Shown one piece after another: positions 24,551-36,341 of a stretch of DNA of 60,446 nucleotides (positions within the stretch are counted from its first letter, which is position 1; every line of letters begins with the position of its first letter). This DNA is from Spirogloea muscicola (lineage: Eukaryota), in the NCBI GenBank assembly GCA_009602725.1, contig WELB01000032.1, forward strand, positions 46,508 through 106,953. Reading direction: 5' to 3'. The notes below the pieces were generated by a model. The model was given only the letters and a program-made list of their open reading frames with translations. It searched no databases and had not been told where the DNA came from. The translations under genes were made by a program, and so were the position numbers.

Positions 24551-25499
24551 CACAAGACCCAAAGGCACATGGTGGGCTGATGGACCAGAGGCATCGGTCT
24601 CGTTGCTTTCACGATGATTTTGAGCTTTTGTGCCACTTTTACCAACCTATCCTTACCGATACTGGTACAACAGAACGTAGCTGAGGTAAAATGGGTTTTC
24701 TCTTTACACCTTGAAGATGTGCATCGGCAATGATATTACCGTGTTTGACACTGGGATGGATAGCCAAGGCCGCTGTCTCAAGGCGCTGTGAATATTTGGC
24801 AGTGTGATCAAGCAATGTCACATCTACTTAAAATGTGTAAATCCTGGTCACAGTGCTGGGGCGCGGGCATTGTCGAATATCACGGTATTGGTAGGGCAGC
24901 TGAACGGCCATAATGTGTGGCAAAACATCTTCCGACCTCTGGCTGGCCAGGTTGTTGGCGTTGTGATTTTGCTTGCCTAACACCTGTTTCAAATCCTTCG
25001 ACTGGAGACAGTCATACCGATGTAGGCAACCATATGTGGGTGCAGGCTATCCCTGTGCCCAGGCATGTAAGTGGGTCCCATGCTTAAGATTGGCAGCATA
25101 ATAGTGGCAGACAAATTACCATTGCAGCTTACGTTGGTCCTCGTTGATTCGAGGCTACCCCGCATGCAGCTGAGAGGGTGGTAGTACAGCTAGCATAGCA
25201 GCTTAATGGGTTCATAATGGAGCTGGACACAATGATTGATCACCAGTTTGACTGAGTAGTCAGGCTTTGGCCTCTTTGAATACGTATTTTATTTACGAGT
25301 CCCCAAAATCGTCTCTCTTGGTGATGTTTGTCAGAAAGCCTTGCAGTGACTGGTAGTAACGAATAGCCAGCACAGTTGGCAGTCTGATGTGCTTGCTCGA
25401 GGTCTATTAGCGCGGACGAATGCCTGTATGGACCCCATCTGTGGAGCGTTCAGTGAGTTCCAAGTTGCAGGCCCTGAGCGATCTGCTAATGAAGATCTG

Positions 25500-26755
25500 C
25501 TAAAGCTTGGATGGCTGTTTGCCACCTCGGCCTGCTATGAAAGACTGCATCTTCTCAAACTCCTCTGGCTTCATGCTGGTGTAGTATTCATGTGCACGTG
25601 CCTGGATGGAACAATTTCGACAGTCTTTTCTCATGGTCAACACAAGATCAAGCTAAACAGATGTTCCGCCTTTGCATGACCACAACCACAACCCAAAGGG
25701 AGTACGTCAGCCCTGAGCTTGATGTGAGGACCATGCAGTCGGCATGATCATACATGGCAAAACTATTCCTCACTTGTTTGTACAACAAAGAAGAACAAAA
25801 GTTGTAGATAGCACAGAGGCCCCGGAGAGCTTGCAGAGGACGCACCTTTTCAAGCTGTCTTCCATCTCCAAGAGGCAGCGCAAGCCCGTCATTCAGCACA
25901 GCTTTGTATCGAATTACCATCTCTTGATGGTTGCCAGCAATTGTGGTTGCAATACTCCTGGCCGTCGGCATCAGCTGAGATGACTGGACCATCCTGCTAA
26001 CCAAGCCCCAGCGCTCTGCCATCGATGCATCAAGGGGTAATGCTGTCAAAGATACCTCACGTGCTCTATTGGCTCCAATAAGGCGAGGGAGCTTCTGCGA
26101 CAAGCCCCAAGACGGGAAAATTCCGAACCTGCCATTACGTGAAGGTGCACATGCAACCTTATCAGTGCACGGCGACGTACTTCACCATGCATGTCCAGAA
26201 TAGACGTGCACGTCGTGCATGCAGCCTTTTGCAAAGACAGAGCTTACTTGCAGTGGGTATCCGCAAACTTTGCTTCTGTGCTGGCGATGAGGATGTCACA
26301 TGCGAGTGCAATCTCAAAACCTGCAGTGATCGCGTGGCCATTGATGGCACCAATTATAGGCACTCTGCAGAGCTCCATCTGCACAACGGGGTCCTCCTCG
26401 GGGTTCTTCACGTCGCCTTTGAAGACCGACTGGGCTGCAGTGAGGTCCTGAGCAACAAAAGCGTTAATCAAAATTCCCGGCTATCCCACGGATAGGCGTG
26501 CAGTATGCAGAATGTGTCTAGTGCCACACGAAGCGGTCGGTAACTTACAACTCCTGCCGAGAATGCGCGGCCAGCGCCCGTCAAGATGATTGCCTTGACC
26601 CGCGAGTCCCGACCCAAGCGCTTGAAGGCCTGAGCAAGGTCCACCATCATGGGCCGAGTGAGCGCGTTCAGCGCCTTGGGCCGGTTGATAGTGATTGTGG
26701 CGACGCCATCGTCGCCCGCTTCGCTGACCAGGATCAAGTCGCCGGAGCTTCCCAT
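25500..26755 (-). CDS. Peroxisomal enoyl-CoA hydratase/isomerase (crotonase family, ECHIA-like) with PTS1
   Basis: Exons 26755-26549, 26447-26248, 26128-25846, 25601-25500. Motifs TINRPKALNAL, AFSAGVDL, GAINGHAITAGFEIALACD. Ends ..PSKL*. Confidence 0.93.
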
Positions 26756-27221
26756 TATTGCAGAATTTACGACTACTACGTCGGTGCGGCCGACGCACTG
26801 CGGCAAGGCCAAGTACTGCAGGCTTGGCACTGCCAAGTGCGCGCTGTCGCAGGTGGCAGCGGCCACTTAATCCGGACTGCAAAGTGTCACGCCAGAACAG
26901 TCATGGAGTGGAGGCGACACGCTCGGACGTCTGCGCGGGCAACCGGCGGCCTGTGAGCTGGTGGGCTCTCGCCCGTAGCGAGCAGCAGCCTCGCAGATGG
27001 TGGCTCCTTGGCCAGAGCCGGCCAGCCGCGAGCTCCCAGCAGGCGGGCAGCGGCGGCGTAGAGGCGGCGGTGGTGCGGGAGGCGGCTTCTTCTCGATGCT
27101 GCCGGCGGTGGCGTCGGAGCTCGATGGTCGTGGAGAGCCAAGTGCGTCCTCCATGCCACCGTTGGATTTGGCTGGTGGCGCCGCCGTCTGGGAGGCTCAT
27201 CTGCAGCGACGAGGAGTAACG

Positions 27222-27362
27222 ACTCTCCCAGTAAAGCGCGATGGCGTCGATCGGCCAGCGCCAAGAAAGAAACGGCAAAAGGGAACCATCGTGTATTCGG
27301 AACGAACCGCCAAAAAGGGGCCTCATGGCAGAAGGCAGCTCACAGAGGAATGGACAAGGCCC
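27222..27362 (-). mobile_element. Degenerate CRE-like 3'UTR fragments in the ECH/SEC23 divergent promoter
   Basis: ctcccagtaaagcgcgatggcg..ggccagcgccaagaaag and gaggaatggacaagg match the family consensus. Confidence 0.55.
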
Positions 27363-27669
27363 AGACGGAGGAGCCGGGAAAGGCGATAGCCGAGCTGGTG
27401 GCGGGTCAGCCCGTGGCCATCCGCCGCTGCCGCCGCCGCCGAAGCAGCAGCCGCCGCAGCCGCACCGCGCTCCTTGCCGTCTCTCCTGCGGAAACTCTTC
27501 TCCGGCGACGCACAATCTCCGCCACTCGCGCCACAGCTCCATCAACCTGCGCGGCCTGCCTTCTGGAGCTTTGTACCCCTCCCGTTAGCCATCGCCGCGA
27601 CTGGACCTGATCGCAACATACGGTTTGCCTCCTTCTGCGCCTCATCCTTCGCTTCCCGTCGGCGGCGCC

Positions 27670-30600
27670 ATGGAAGCCGCGACAGATGGCAGCGTTGGAA
27701 GCTCGGCCGCCACTGCTGCAGCTTCGCCGCCGCCGCCGCCACTTATCCGCCAGAGCTTGACCGCAGCCAGCACCTCGAGCAATGCCCCCTCATCGTCGGC
27801 CCACGCCTTCCCCGAGACGGGCCAGGAGGCTCAGAGTAGGCCGTCTTTGCCGCCGCCAGCGCCAGCGCCGACGTCGCACCCACCACCGCCGAGCTTGCAG
27901 AACGGCCCGTCGAGCTCCTTCCTACAAGGCACGTCGCCGATGAAACCGCCTTCGGCGTCCTCCTACGGTCCGCCCGGGCCGCCATCCTTCGCGCGCTCGG
28001 CGCAGGAGCGCACGGTGGCCAGCCACCCGCTGCCGTTCAGCCCCAGATCGGCGGCGCCCAATGCTCCCGCGGCTTTCCAGCCGGCCACTCCCCTGCGGAC
28101 GCTCGCCCCCGGCAATGCATATGAGCGCGCCACAGCTGTGGACGACACCGTCCCCATACACACCTGCGACTTGGAGAAGGACGACAGTGGCGCGTCTGCG
28201 CCTTTCGTGCGGTTCAGCTCCCACAAGGTCCAGCCACCACCTTGGGACTACTGCCTTCCTGTGCAAGGGCGGGGGCAAGCCCTTGGCTGCCAGTCGGCCA
28301 TCTCGCGGGGCCGGGTTCGGCTGGCTTTTCAACTTGCTCTCTTGTCCCATAACCTACACCCTAAACCCTGAACCCCTAAACCTAAATCCTTTACTTTACC
28401 CTTCTTGGACCAGGTGGCGGCAGAGATGGCCATCCTGAACGTGGCCAGCCTCGGCTTTGGCGCCCTGCTCTCGCTGGTGACCGGCGGCGTGAGCGGCGGC
28501 GGGGCCGCCGCGGCACCGCCCCTGGTCCGGCGTGCGCCGCTGCGCTGCCGCAGGTGCGGCGCCTACTCCAACCTCTACTGCCGCGTGGCGCCGCGCACCG
28601 GCGAGTGGACGTGTGTGCTGTGCTCCATGGCCAACTTTGGCGATGGCGAGTATATGCTGACGCCAGGGGAGGACTTTGGCGCCTGGCCCGAGCTCGGGTC
28701 GCGCGTGGTCGACTACATTGACGCCGGCGCACGACGATACTCGGCAGCATCGGATGCAGCCATGGCCGCCCCCGTCATCTTTGTCATTGGTGAGCATGTT
28801 GCTGCTGACCAGCGCGCTGGCAAACTTAGGATGGCCATAGTAGTCTATCACTAATTGGGGTACAATCCTGTCTTTGCCCACAACGTTACATAAGTATGAC
28901 AACCACTGCTGGTTACCCACAAGATTTCGCCCGCAGCGCAATCGCTCAAGACCACTTCGTCACGTGCCTGACAAAGTGGCATCATCTGGCGATCCGCAGA
29001 CGAGGCGCTGGATGAGCCGTACCTGCGGAGCCTGCAGGCGTCGCTGCAGGGGGTGCTCGGGGCACTGCCGCCGTCCACGCGCGTGGCGCTCGTCTCCTAC
29101 GGCGCCTCGGTGTCGGTCTACGACCTCTCAACAAGCGGCGCAGCATTCGCCGACGTCCTATCGGGCACCGAGCCGCCGTCAGTCGAGGCGCTGGAGTCTC
29201 TTCTCTACGGCTCCGGCGTGTACCTAGCGCCGCTGCATGCCTGCCTGCCCATCGTCTTGGCGGTGCTGGCATCGCTGCGGCCCTCCCGAGCTCGCCGTGT
29301 GGCAGAGGCTGACCGCCCCCGCTGCCTAGGTGCCGCTGTCGAAGTGGCGCTTGCGCTCGTGCGAGGGCCCGCTACGGACCTCCCTCGTGCCGCCATGAGG
29401 CGGACGGGCGGCAGCAGCCGCCTGGTTGTGTGCGCCGGCGGGCCCGCCTCGCGAGGGCCTGGCGCCGTCGCCGTGCCAGAGGGGCATGCGACATTTGCAC
29501 ACGCGGAGGAGCGTGCCATGGTGCACATGGAGCGGCTCGGCCAGGAGGCCCGCCGCTTGGAGTGCGCTGTCGACCTGCTGTGCGCAGGAACCTGCCCGGT
29601 GCGCGTACGCCTCCTGCAGCCACTTGCGGCGCGCTCAGGTGGCACCCTGGTGCTGCACGACGACTTTGGCGCCACGTTCGGCGCCAACGTCTATCGCTCG
29701 ATCGCACGCACTGAGGGCTCCCGCGGCACGCTGGAGGTTCGCGCCTCCAAGGGCTTCGCTGTGTCCCGTGTCATTGGCCCCGTGGACGCCGCTGTTGAGA
29801 ACCGGAGCACCTCCTCATCCTCCTTGCCCTCCACCTCTGATCAATTCTCGGACGTCAACCGCAACACGCTGGCGCTCGGCCTGCTGAGTGTGGAGCGCAA
29901 TCAGGGCATAGCTCTCGCTGTGGAGCTTGTGGACGACTTCTGGGAGGTGGGTATGCAACTGGTTCCACTCCTGTTTCTTCTTCTAGCTTCTTGGCTTGCC
30001 CTCAGTAGCTTGGCTGACCTCGGGAAGAAGCCACGGACTTGATAAACTCAGATAGAGATGCAATCTCGAAGTCGTTTCTAGGATAAGCTCTCGAACACAT
30101 GTCCAAAAGCACACAACTGACTCATGCTTGCCTTGCGCGAATGTGGAAGCCATGACTTACAGCCAACTTGAGAAGACTTGCTGTGCGCCTGTGTAGGACT
30201 TTGCCTACTTCCAATGTGTCGCGCGCTTTACGAGCACAGGCCAGGCAGTGGTCACACGCGTCGTAACTGTGCGGCTGCCCTGCACCGACTCCGTTTCGGC
30301 ATACCTTGCCAGCATTGACAACAGTGTGGCGGCGTGCCTAATTGCCAAGAAGGTGGTGCTTGAAGCCAGCACTGCAGTTGACGCCGTTGAGCTGCGGGGG
30401 AGCCTTGACGAGCGTGTGAAGAACATGGCTGCCAAGTTTGGCAAGGCGATGCCGAAAGGCAAGCTGTGGCGCTTTCCCAACGAGTTGTCATCGTGCGTTA
30501 TCCCTCCACGCCTGAGCCTTGGCCCTTGTGGCACTTGACAAGCAAGCAACTCGAATGTATCTGTAGCCTTAGCAGGATGATGTCATGATTGAGGTCTTGT

Positions 30601-32124
30601 AGCCTTCGGGTCAATTTCAAGCCATAGGGATTGAAGTTGGATATGGCTTTTGTTGGAAGTCAATCGCCTCCCATGCTTCAGTGCCACTTCTTCGGCAGAT
30701 CAGAAATCACTTAAATTTGCATTCCCTACTCAAAAGCACCAGTCAGGCGCTTTGCAGTGATGATGGCATTTTGTGTGTTACTGTTTGCACAGTCTGCCAG
30801 AGCACCTGTTCCACCTGAGAAGGGGCCCACTGCTTGGCTCGATCGTCGGGCACGAGGACGAGCGTGCAGTGCTGCGAGCGATTCTCCTTCAGGCAGATTA
30901 TGACCTGTCGCTGCGCATGGTCGCTCCGCGGCTTCTCCTGCACCACCATGGCGGCAAGTTTGAAGAGCTGCCGGCTGCGGATCTTGCCCTGCAGTCTGAC
31001 GTAGCATTTGTGCTCGACCACGGCACAGACATATTCATCTGGCTGGTGAGCAGATCTCTGATCCTAGAGTCTGTGTTGTGCAAGCTAAACACCGAATACT
31101 TCCAGACCGGAGTCTGTTGTTTCATTTATACAAACCAGATGTGCAAACTTTCAGGTTGTGCAAGTTGGGGTGGCTGTCTGCTGACGTCTTTGTCAATGAC
31201 AGGAGTGGAGTATTTGGATTCTGTCGCGGGCTCTGTCCAACGGCTAGTTTGCCTCCATGGTGGCCAGTGAAGCACGGTCTGATGAAGCTGACGGGTTTTG
31301 CTCACCCGGTCTACCGTCTCTGTTCCCTTTCTTTGACAGGGCTCAGGGGTTGCCTTTGATGAAAGCAAGAAAGCTGCTGCAATGGCGGCGTGTAATGCAT
31401 TGGCCCAGGAGCTCTCTGAGAAGCGCTTCCCGATGCCACGAGTTCGATGCGTCACTGTAAGGCCACACAAAGGGGCCACCCCAGTCTGACAAAGGTTGCT
31501 CTGTCTTGACAAGCTGTCACAACAACCTTGCACAGCGCCTGTTGGCAACGAGCGCTTCTCTGCTCTTGACCAGGCCTGCTCGAGTATGACAATGTCGTGC
31601 AGGAAGGAAGCTCGCAGGCGCGCTACGTGATGGCCAGACTCATCCCAGCACATAAAGATCCCCCATACGAACAGGTCTGCAGTGAGTCACCACCCCTTAT
31701 TGCTTGGTGCTCATGGCTCCCTCTCTTCCCTATGAAGCATACATACCATGAGGCTGTTGTGTTGTTATTGCTGAGTCCATCCTTGCATCCACTTGAATGC
31801 TGTAGGCCGTTGAAGTGGAAGTGTAGGTCATGTTGCAAGATGGAAGAGATCATGATTTGATTGGTTGCATCGTTCTTCGATCCTGATGTATCCTCACAGG
31901 ACCTGTCTGGAGGGGCTAGAATGATGTTTCCCCCATCTCATGAAACTTTTGTGACATGAATCTATCCTTGTGCTGCACAGGAGGCTCACTTTCCCCAGTT
32001 GCGCACACTCACACCCATGCAACGTGCACAGCTGAAGAGCAAGTTTCTGCCTACTGACGCGCGGAGTTTGAGCGAGTGGATGAAACATCTGAGTCTCAGT
32101 CGGCCGCAAGCTGAGATAGCTTGA
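27670..32124 (+). CDS. SEC23: COPII coat protein SEC23 (plant SEC23A-type with Pro/Ser-rich N-terminus)
   Basis: Exons 27670-28227, 28414-28789, 29000-29946, 30197-30492, 30793-31045, 31340-31456, 31603-31674, 31981-32124. Zinc finger CRRCGAY..WTCVLC, trunk RCLGAAVEVA, FHLRRGPLL, LDHGTDIFIW, GSSQARY. Confidence 0.95.
28358..28390 (+). repeat. Degenerate telomere-like (CCCTAAA) tract in SEC23 intron 1
   Basis: accctaaaccctgaacccctaaacctaaatcc. Confidence 0.6.
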
Positions 32125-32479
32125 ATGGTGTCGACTGACAAAGTACATAGTGCTTATCATCTGTCGACCAGTCAGGGTTGCAGCTTGTCAACCTCTTGCA
32201 CATTTTATCTTTGTCTTGCAGGTAGCAATCACAGTGCATTAGATAGGATGTATTGCAAGGGGAGTGCGTTGAAGTCATGCAACTGCTTCATGCCAGGGTT
32301 GCTTACTGCGTCTCAACACCATGGTCGCTTCTTAATGAGTGACATCAGTCTGGTGATGTTTCAGAAGTGACAACTTCGTGATACTGCATGTCCTTAAACA
32401 TTAGTACATTCCTCTGCATTCATAAAGAAGCTGCTGCTGACACTTCCAGTGCTAGTGAAGACACTTCTTCGAGAGGAAG

Positions 32480-33660
32480 CATTGAGGGGATGAATTCTGT
32501 TCAAGTATGAAAAAGTAATGAGGACTTTCTCTGCCACATTGAGGGTATACCTGCTGATAACTCAGATTTGATTTGTTAATGCCTGTTAATGCTGGTGGTA
32601 GTGTCAATCTGGATGGCTAACAACCAGAGTTGTACATTGAAAGCGGTCAGGGGAGATAAGGGAGAGGATAACTGGTGGTGTTGATGACGTGCAGTAGCAA
32701 AAGTTGCAATAATGCTGATGATTACTGCTTGTAACTATGACTTATCAATTTGTTTACTTTTCAGCTTTTTGTTTACTGCAAGTGGCGGGCTTGAGTATTC
32801 GGAAAGAGTGGCTGCTTACTTTGAGTATTTGGGAAAATGGCTTGCAAAGTTTTAGTGTACAGCTCAATGCTATTTGCTTGCTGCTGTGAAAATCAATTGT
32901 GTTAAGATTTCAGCTTTAGTAGCAGATATTTGCACAGACACAAAATAGTATGTCAGATATTTTTCTTTGAACGGCATCGGTGCTATGAATCATCTGCTTT
33001 GTCTCAGCTCAAGATGGTAAAGATAAAAATATATATTTGCAATTATGTTGTATTTGGCAGAGGTAGAGGTGTACTAAGTTGTAGTATGACCAGTTGCTTT
33101 GATTGCATGTATTATAGACGTTATGTTCAAGACTGTGCATAGTTATAGGTTGGTTTGTAATGTGTTAGTTAGGTTTGCTGCATTACTAGCTTTGTGCATT
33201 TAGATTGCGTATTGACTGGGGTATGGAGAGCTTGACAAGGTAATGGATAGTTTCGCATATTATGTGATGAAGAGGTAGTCGTTAGATTATGTATGCAGTT
33301 GTCAAGCATGATACAGTTTTCCAATACTTGGGCGGTCTTATGTTTTCGTGAGTATCAAACAATATCTCGTCCGCACAGTGCAATTCATTGTGCATCATTG
33401 GATCTGTATAGTTCTTCACCTTTTCAACGATGAGTTAACTGCCTTACAAATTGAACAATATAAACTTGGAGGGATGTAGCATATATCAACTTGGCATGCA
33501 TTGATTTGCATGTAATTCTGTTTCACCTCAATCTAAACTGCATATCATTTCGCCTTCATCATTGTCCAACCTGCCAAATGTTTGCTATTCGAGTATATGC
33601 AGTATCATATAAATTCATCTTCAGCTTCAAGTATTAGTACATTAGCATCAGTTAGTGGTT
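32480..33660 (-). mobile_element. AT-rich, strand-biased relic, possibly an old L1-type LINE fragment
   Basis: Abrupt drop in GC and an A/C-rich minus strand with no open frame. A weak PQCG motif near 32540 resembles the LINE zf-RVT region. Confidence 0.25.
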
Positions 33661-34102
33661 TGTGCCTGTTTCAAGAATCAGCTATTCCAATTTACGGCAA
33701 TGGTTGTGAGAGGCTAGCCCCAAAATACAAGGTTTGAGAAGGTCGGATGGTATCAAAAAGCAGGATATCATCTCATATTTTATTTTATCGAAAGTATGTT
33801 ACACCAATATATTGCAGACCACTTACATTCCAGAGACCTACTCAGCTTTACAAGCATCATGGTATGTCACACAGAATGATGGATGAAAGCGTCTTCCAAA
33901 GTGCGACACAATTTGATGTGAGAAAACCAATATCATAGACTACAGCATGCTCAATTTTTGAAGTGCTGAGGTGGGTCGTATACAAACCAATAACAATACA
34001 AGGCCAAGTGCACAAAGAGCAATGGCAATAACAAACAGAAAGAATTCATCCTAAACAGGCCTTAAACTAACAAGTCATACATTGGGGTATTCTGCCTTTC
34101 TT

Positions 34103-34948
34103 CTAGTTCTCCTTGTTCTGACCCTCTTGACCCCAAATGCTCTCCTCCATGTCCTCAACAGCGGCATTTGCCAACAAAAATCGGCCCTTGGGGGCTGTGC
34201 AGACTGCATCCATGGGACCAAAGCACAAGTACATGTAAGAGCCAACAACCAGCGCCCTTCAAATAAGGATGGAAGAAGTAACACTGGTGCAAGAACGGCT
34301 CTCTTTGGTTGTCCTGGATGACCATTGTATGACAATCTTGTATGACATTGCTTACCTGGACAGTTGTATGTGTCGGGCACCTCCTCAAAGGGCAGCTCAT
34401 CCTTGTAAATGTAGCCACAGTCCTGGCAGACATAGGCTATCCGCTGGCCCACAGGCACCTCCGAGCCCTGCTCCAAAGGGGCGTTGGTGGTCCTGGCGCC
34501 AGTCGGCACAGGGTTACCGGTCAAGCCTGGCGGCTTGTTCTCCTCGCCAACCATCATGCGGACAGCCTGCCTCCTGCTAACGGCCCTGGAGGGCGAAGTC
34601 CTGGCCGCAAGGGCTGCACACAGGCATGCAGCAAGGCATCTCCATCAGGCCACTTTTGGGCTGTGGGAGACCTTTGAGCTCTACTGACCACCTGGAAGGT
34701 AGAAAGTGAAACGTTGTTTGGGTAATCCGTGAATTCAAAGGGGCATCCTCACAACCAGCGTTGAATGTGCACATTGCAACTACTCGCCTGCAGCTGCACG
34801 CAAAAGCATTCTGCGAGATTTTGACGGGCAGACCTGGGAGCTGCGCAGTGCGGGAGGCCGACGACACGGAAGCAGGGCTCAGGCGGAGGCTGGCTGAGGG
34901 AGGCGCGATGCAGGCGACGCCCAGGGCGGCGCAGGCGGCGGCGGCCAT
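34103..34948 (-). CDS. Rubredoxin-like protein with putative plastid transit peptide
   Basis: Exons 34948-34834, 34613-34356, 34203-34103. YVCQDCGYIY..FEEVPDTYNCPVCTAPKGRF is the rubredoxin CxxC..CPxC pattern. The N-terminus is Ser/Ala/Arg-rich. Confidence 0.88.
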
Positions 34949-35159
34949 TGCGGGCAGGCTTGTGGGTACTCGGCGAGCGCCGGTGCTTTGGCGAGCTGTG
35001 GATTGGCGGCGATGTGAGTAGACACTGGGAGTGTACGAAGTGAATTATGGCGCTCTGCCAGCGGCGCTGGGAGGGTACTTGTAAGGCGAGCTGCTTCGAG
35101 CGCCGGGGGACGCCCACCAGCGGGCAGCTGCTTCCCCGGCCCAGCCAAAGCGTCAGCCG

Positions 35160-35317
35160 CCACGTGGTCTTCCACGTGGCGGTGCGGCGCTTGGAGGCGG
35201 GCGTCCACGTAGGTGGGTCCTGCCGCGTGGCATCACAACTGTAGCGGACGGGGCCGAGGGCCTCGGGGGAAGACGGCGGCCACATGGCCACGTGGCTCAA
35301 AGCACTCTTCCACGTGG
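35160..35317. promoter_or_regulatory. Cluster of four CCACGTGG G-boxes upstream of the rubredoxin gene
   Basis: CACGTG at 35161, 35173, 35289 and 35311, each in a CCACGTGG context, 210-370 bp upstream of the ATG. Confidence 0.6.
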
Positions 35318-35711
35318 CCAGCGAAGCGGGCGGCCACCGCGGCCCAGTCGGCGCCGTCTCCAGGGCCGGTTTCTGGAAACCGTCTCGGCGGGTAAGAGAG
35401 AAGGCGCGCGGTGCGCACGAAATTACAAAGGGGGGCCAATTCTAGCTTTACAATTACGTTAAAATGTTAACGGTAAACAAATAACGGTAACAGTTACGCC
35501 TGTTAACGGGGTAATGAGCTGGCTAAGGGGGACACTAGTATCTCCGAGTGAGCACATGCATGTCTGACAAGCTATGCTGAGGAGCCCAATCACGACTATG
35601 GAAGCCATTAGCCTGGGCTAATGATGCACGCCCAGCACGCTGGTCTATTGCTGAGTGCCTGGGAGCACTGTAGACTCAAAGATAGCCGCATTCTATAGCA
35701 TGCAACGATAA

Positions 35712-36010
35712 GAGAAACAGCTTATCCACTGTAAGGCAATGGCTGTGAGAGGCCCAGCTTAAAGGAATATACAAAAGGTCTGAAAGGGCCGGAAGGCACA
35801 AGAAGCAGGATTCTACTCGCCATGACTTCTGCAAGTGGGCGCTTCTGCAAGTGGGACGAGAAACAGCTCTTCCAGTGGAAGGCTGTGGCTGTGAGAGCCA
35901 GCCCAAAGGGATGTCCCAGTATTCATTCGTTTACTAGGCTGGCCACCACAGCCATCGCCCTCTACTGGAAGAGTCTATCTAATATGCAAGGTCTGAAAGG
36001 GCCAGAAGGT
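35712..36010. mobile_element. Cluster of three or more CRE-like 3'UTR fragments
   Basis: Minus copies at about 35712-35800 and 35855-35910. Plus copy at 35925-35975 (ggctggccaccacagccatcgccctctactggaagag). Confidence 0.7.
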
Positions 36011-36341
36011 GCAGGAGGTGGCACCAATCAGAAGAGCCGTACTTATGCGGCCACAGCACTGCAGATCTGCTTTCGGCAAAAGGCTGCAGGAAACAAGATT
36101 CGCATATGCAGCAGCCTGATTGTTGCACTCCACATTTGTATTTGCAATCATGGTTGGCAAAGTCTACCAGTGAAGCTTGAGCTCCCCAAGACACTGTGGA
36201 TACACCAACATCTGCCGTTTTGTGGCTATAACAGAACAGGAAACCCTTGATATCATGTTACCCTGCTTCTCTGCCACGAAACCCCACGTGCCTGCCTGGC
36301 TCAGCTGGCTCAGCTTGCAACCCCTAGCAAGAAGTCTCAGA

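Noticed and set aside
34614..34833. Possible 3-6 nt micro-exons in rubredoxin intron 1
   Set aside because: The gene splices in frame without them, and there is no homology support.
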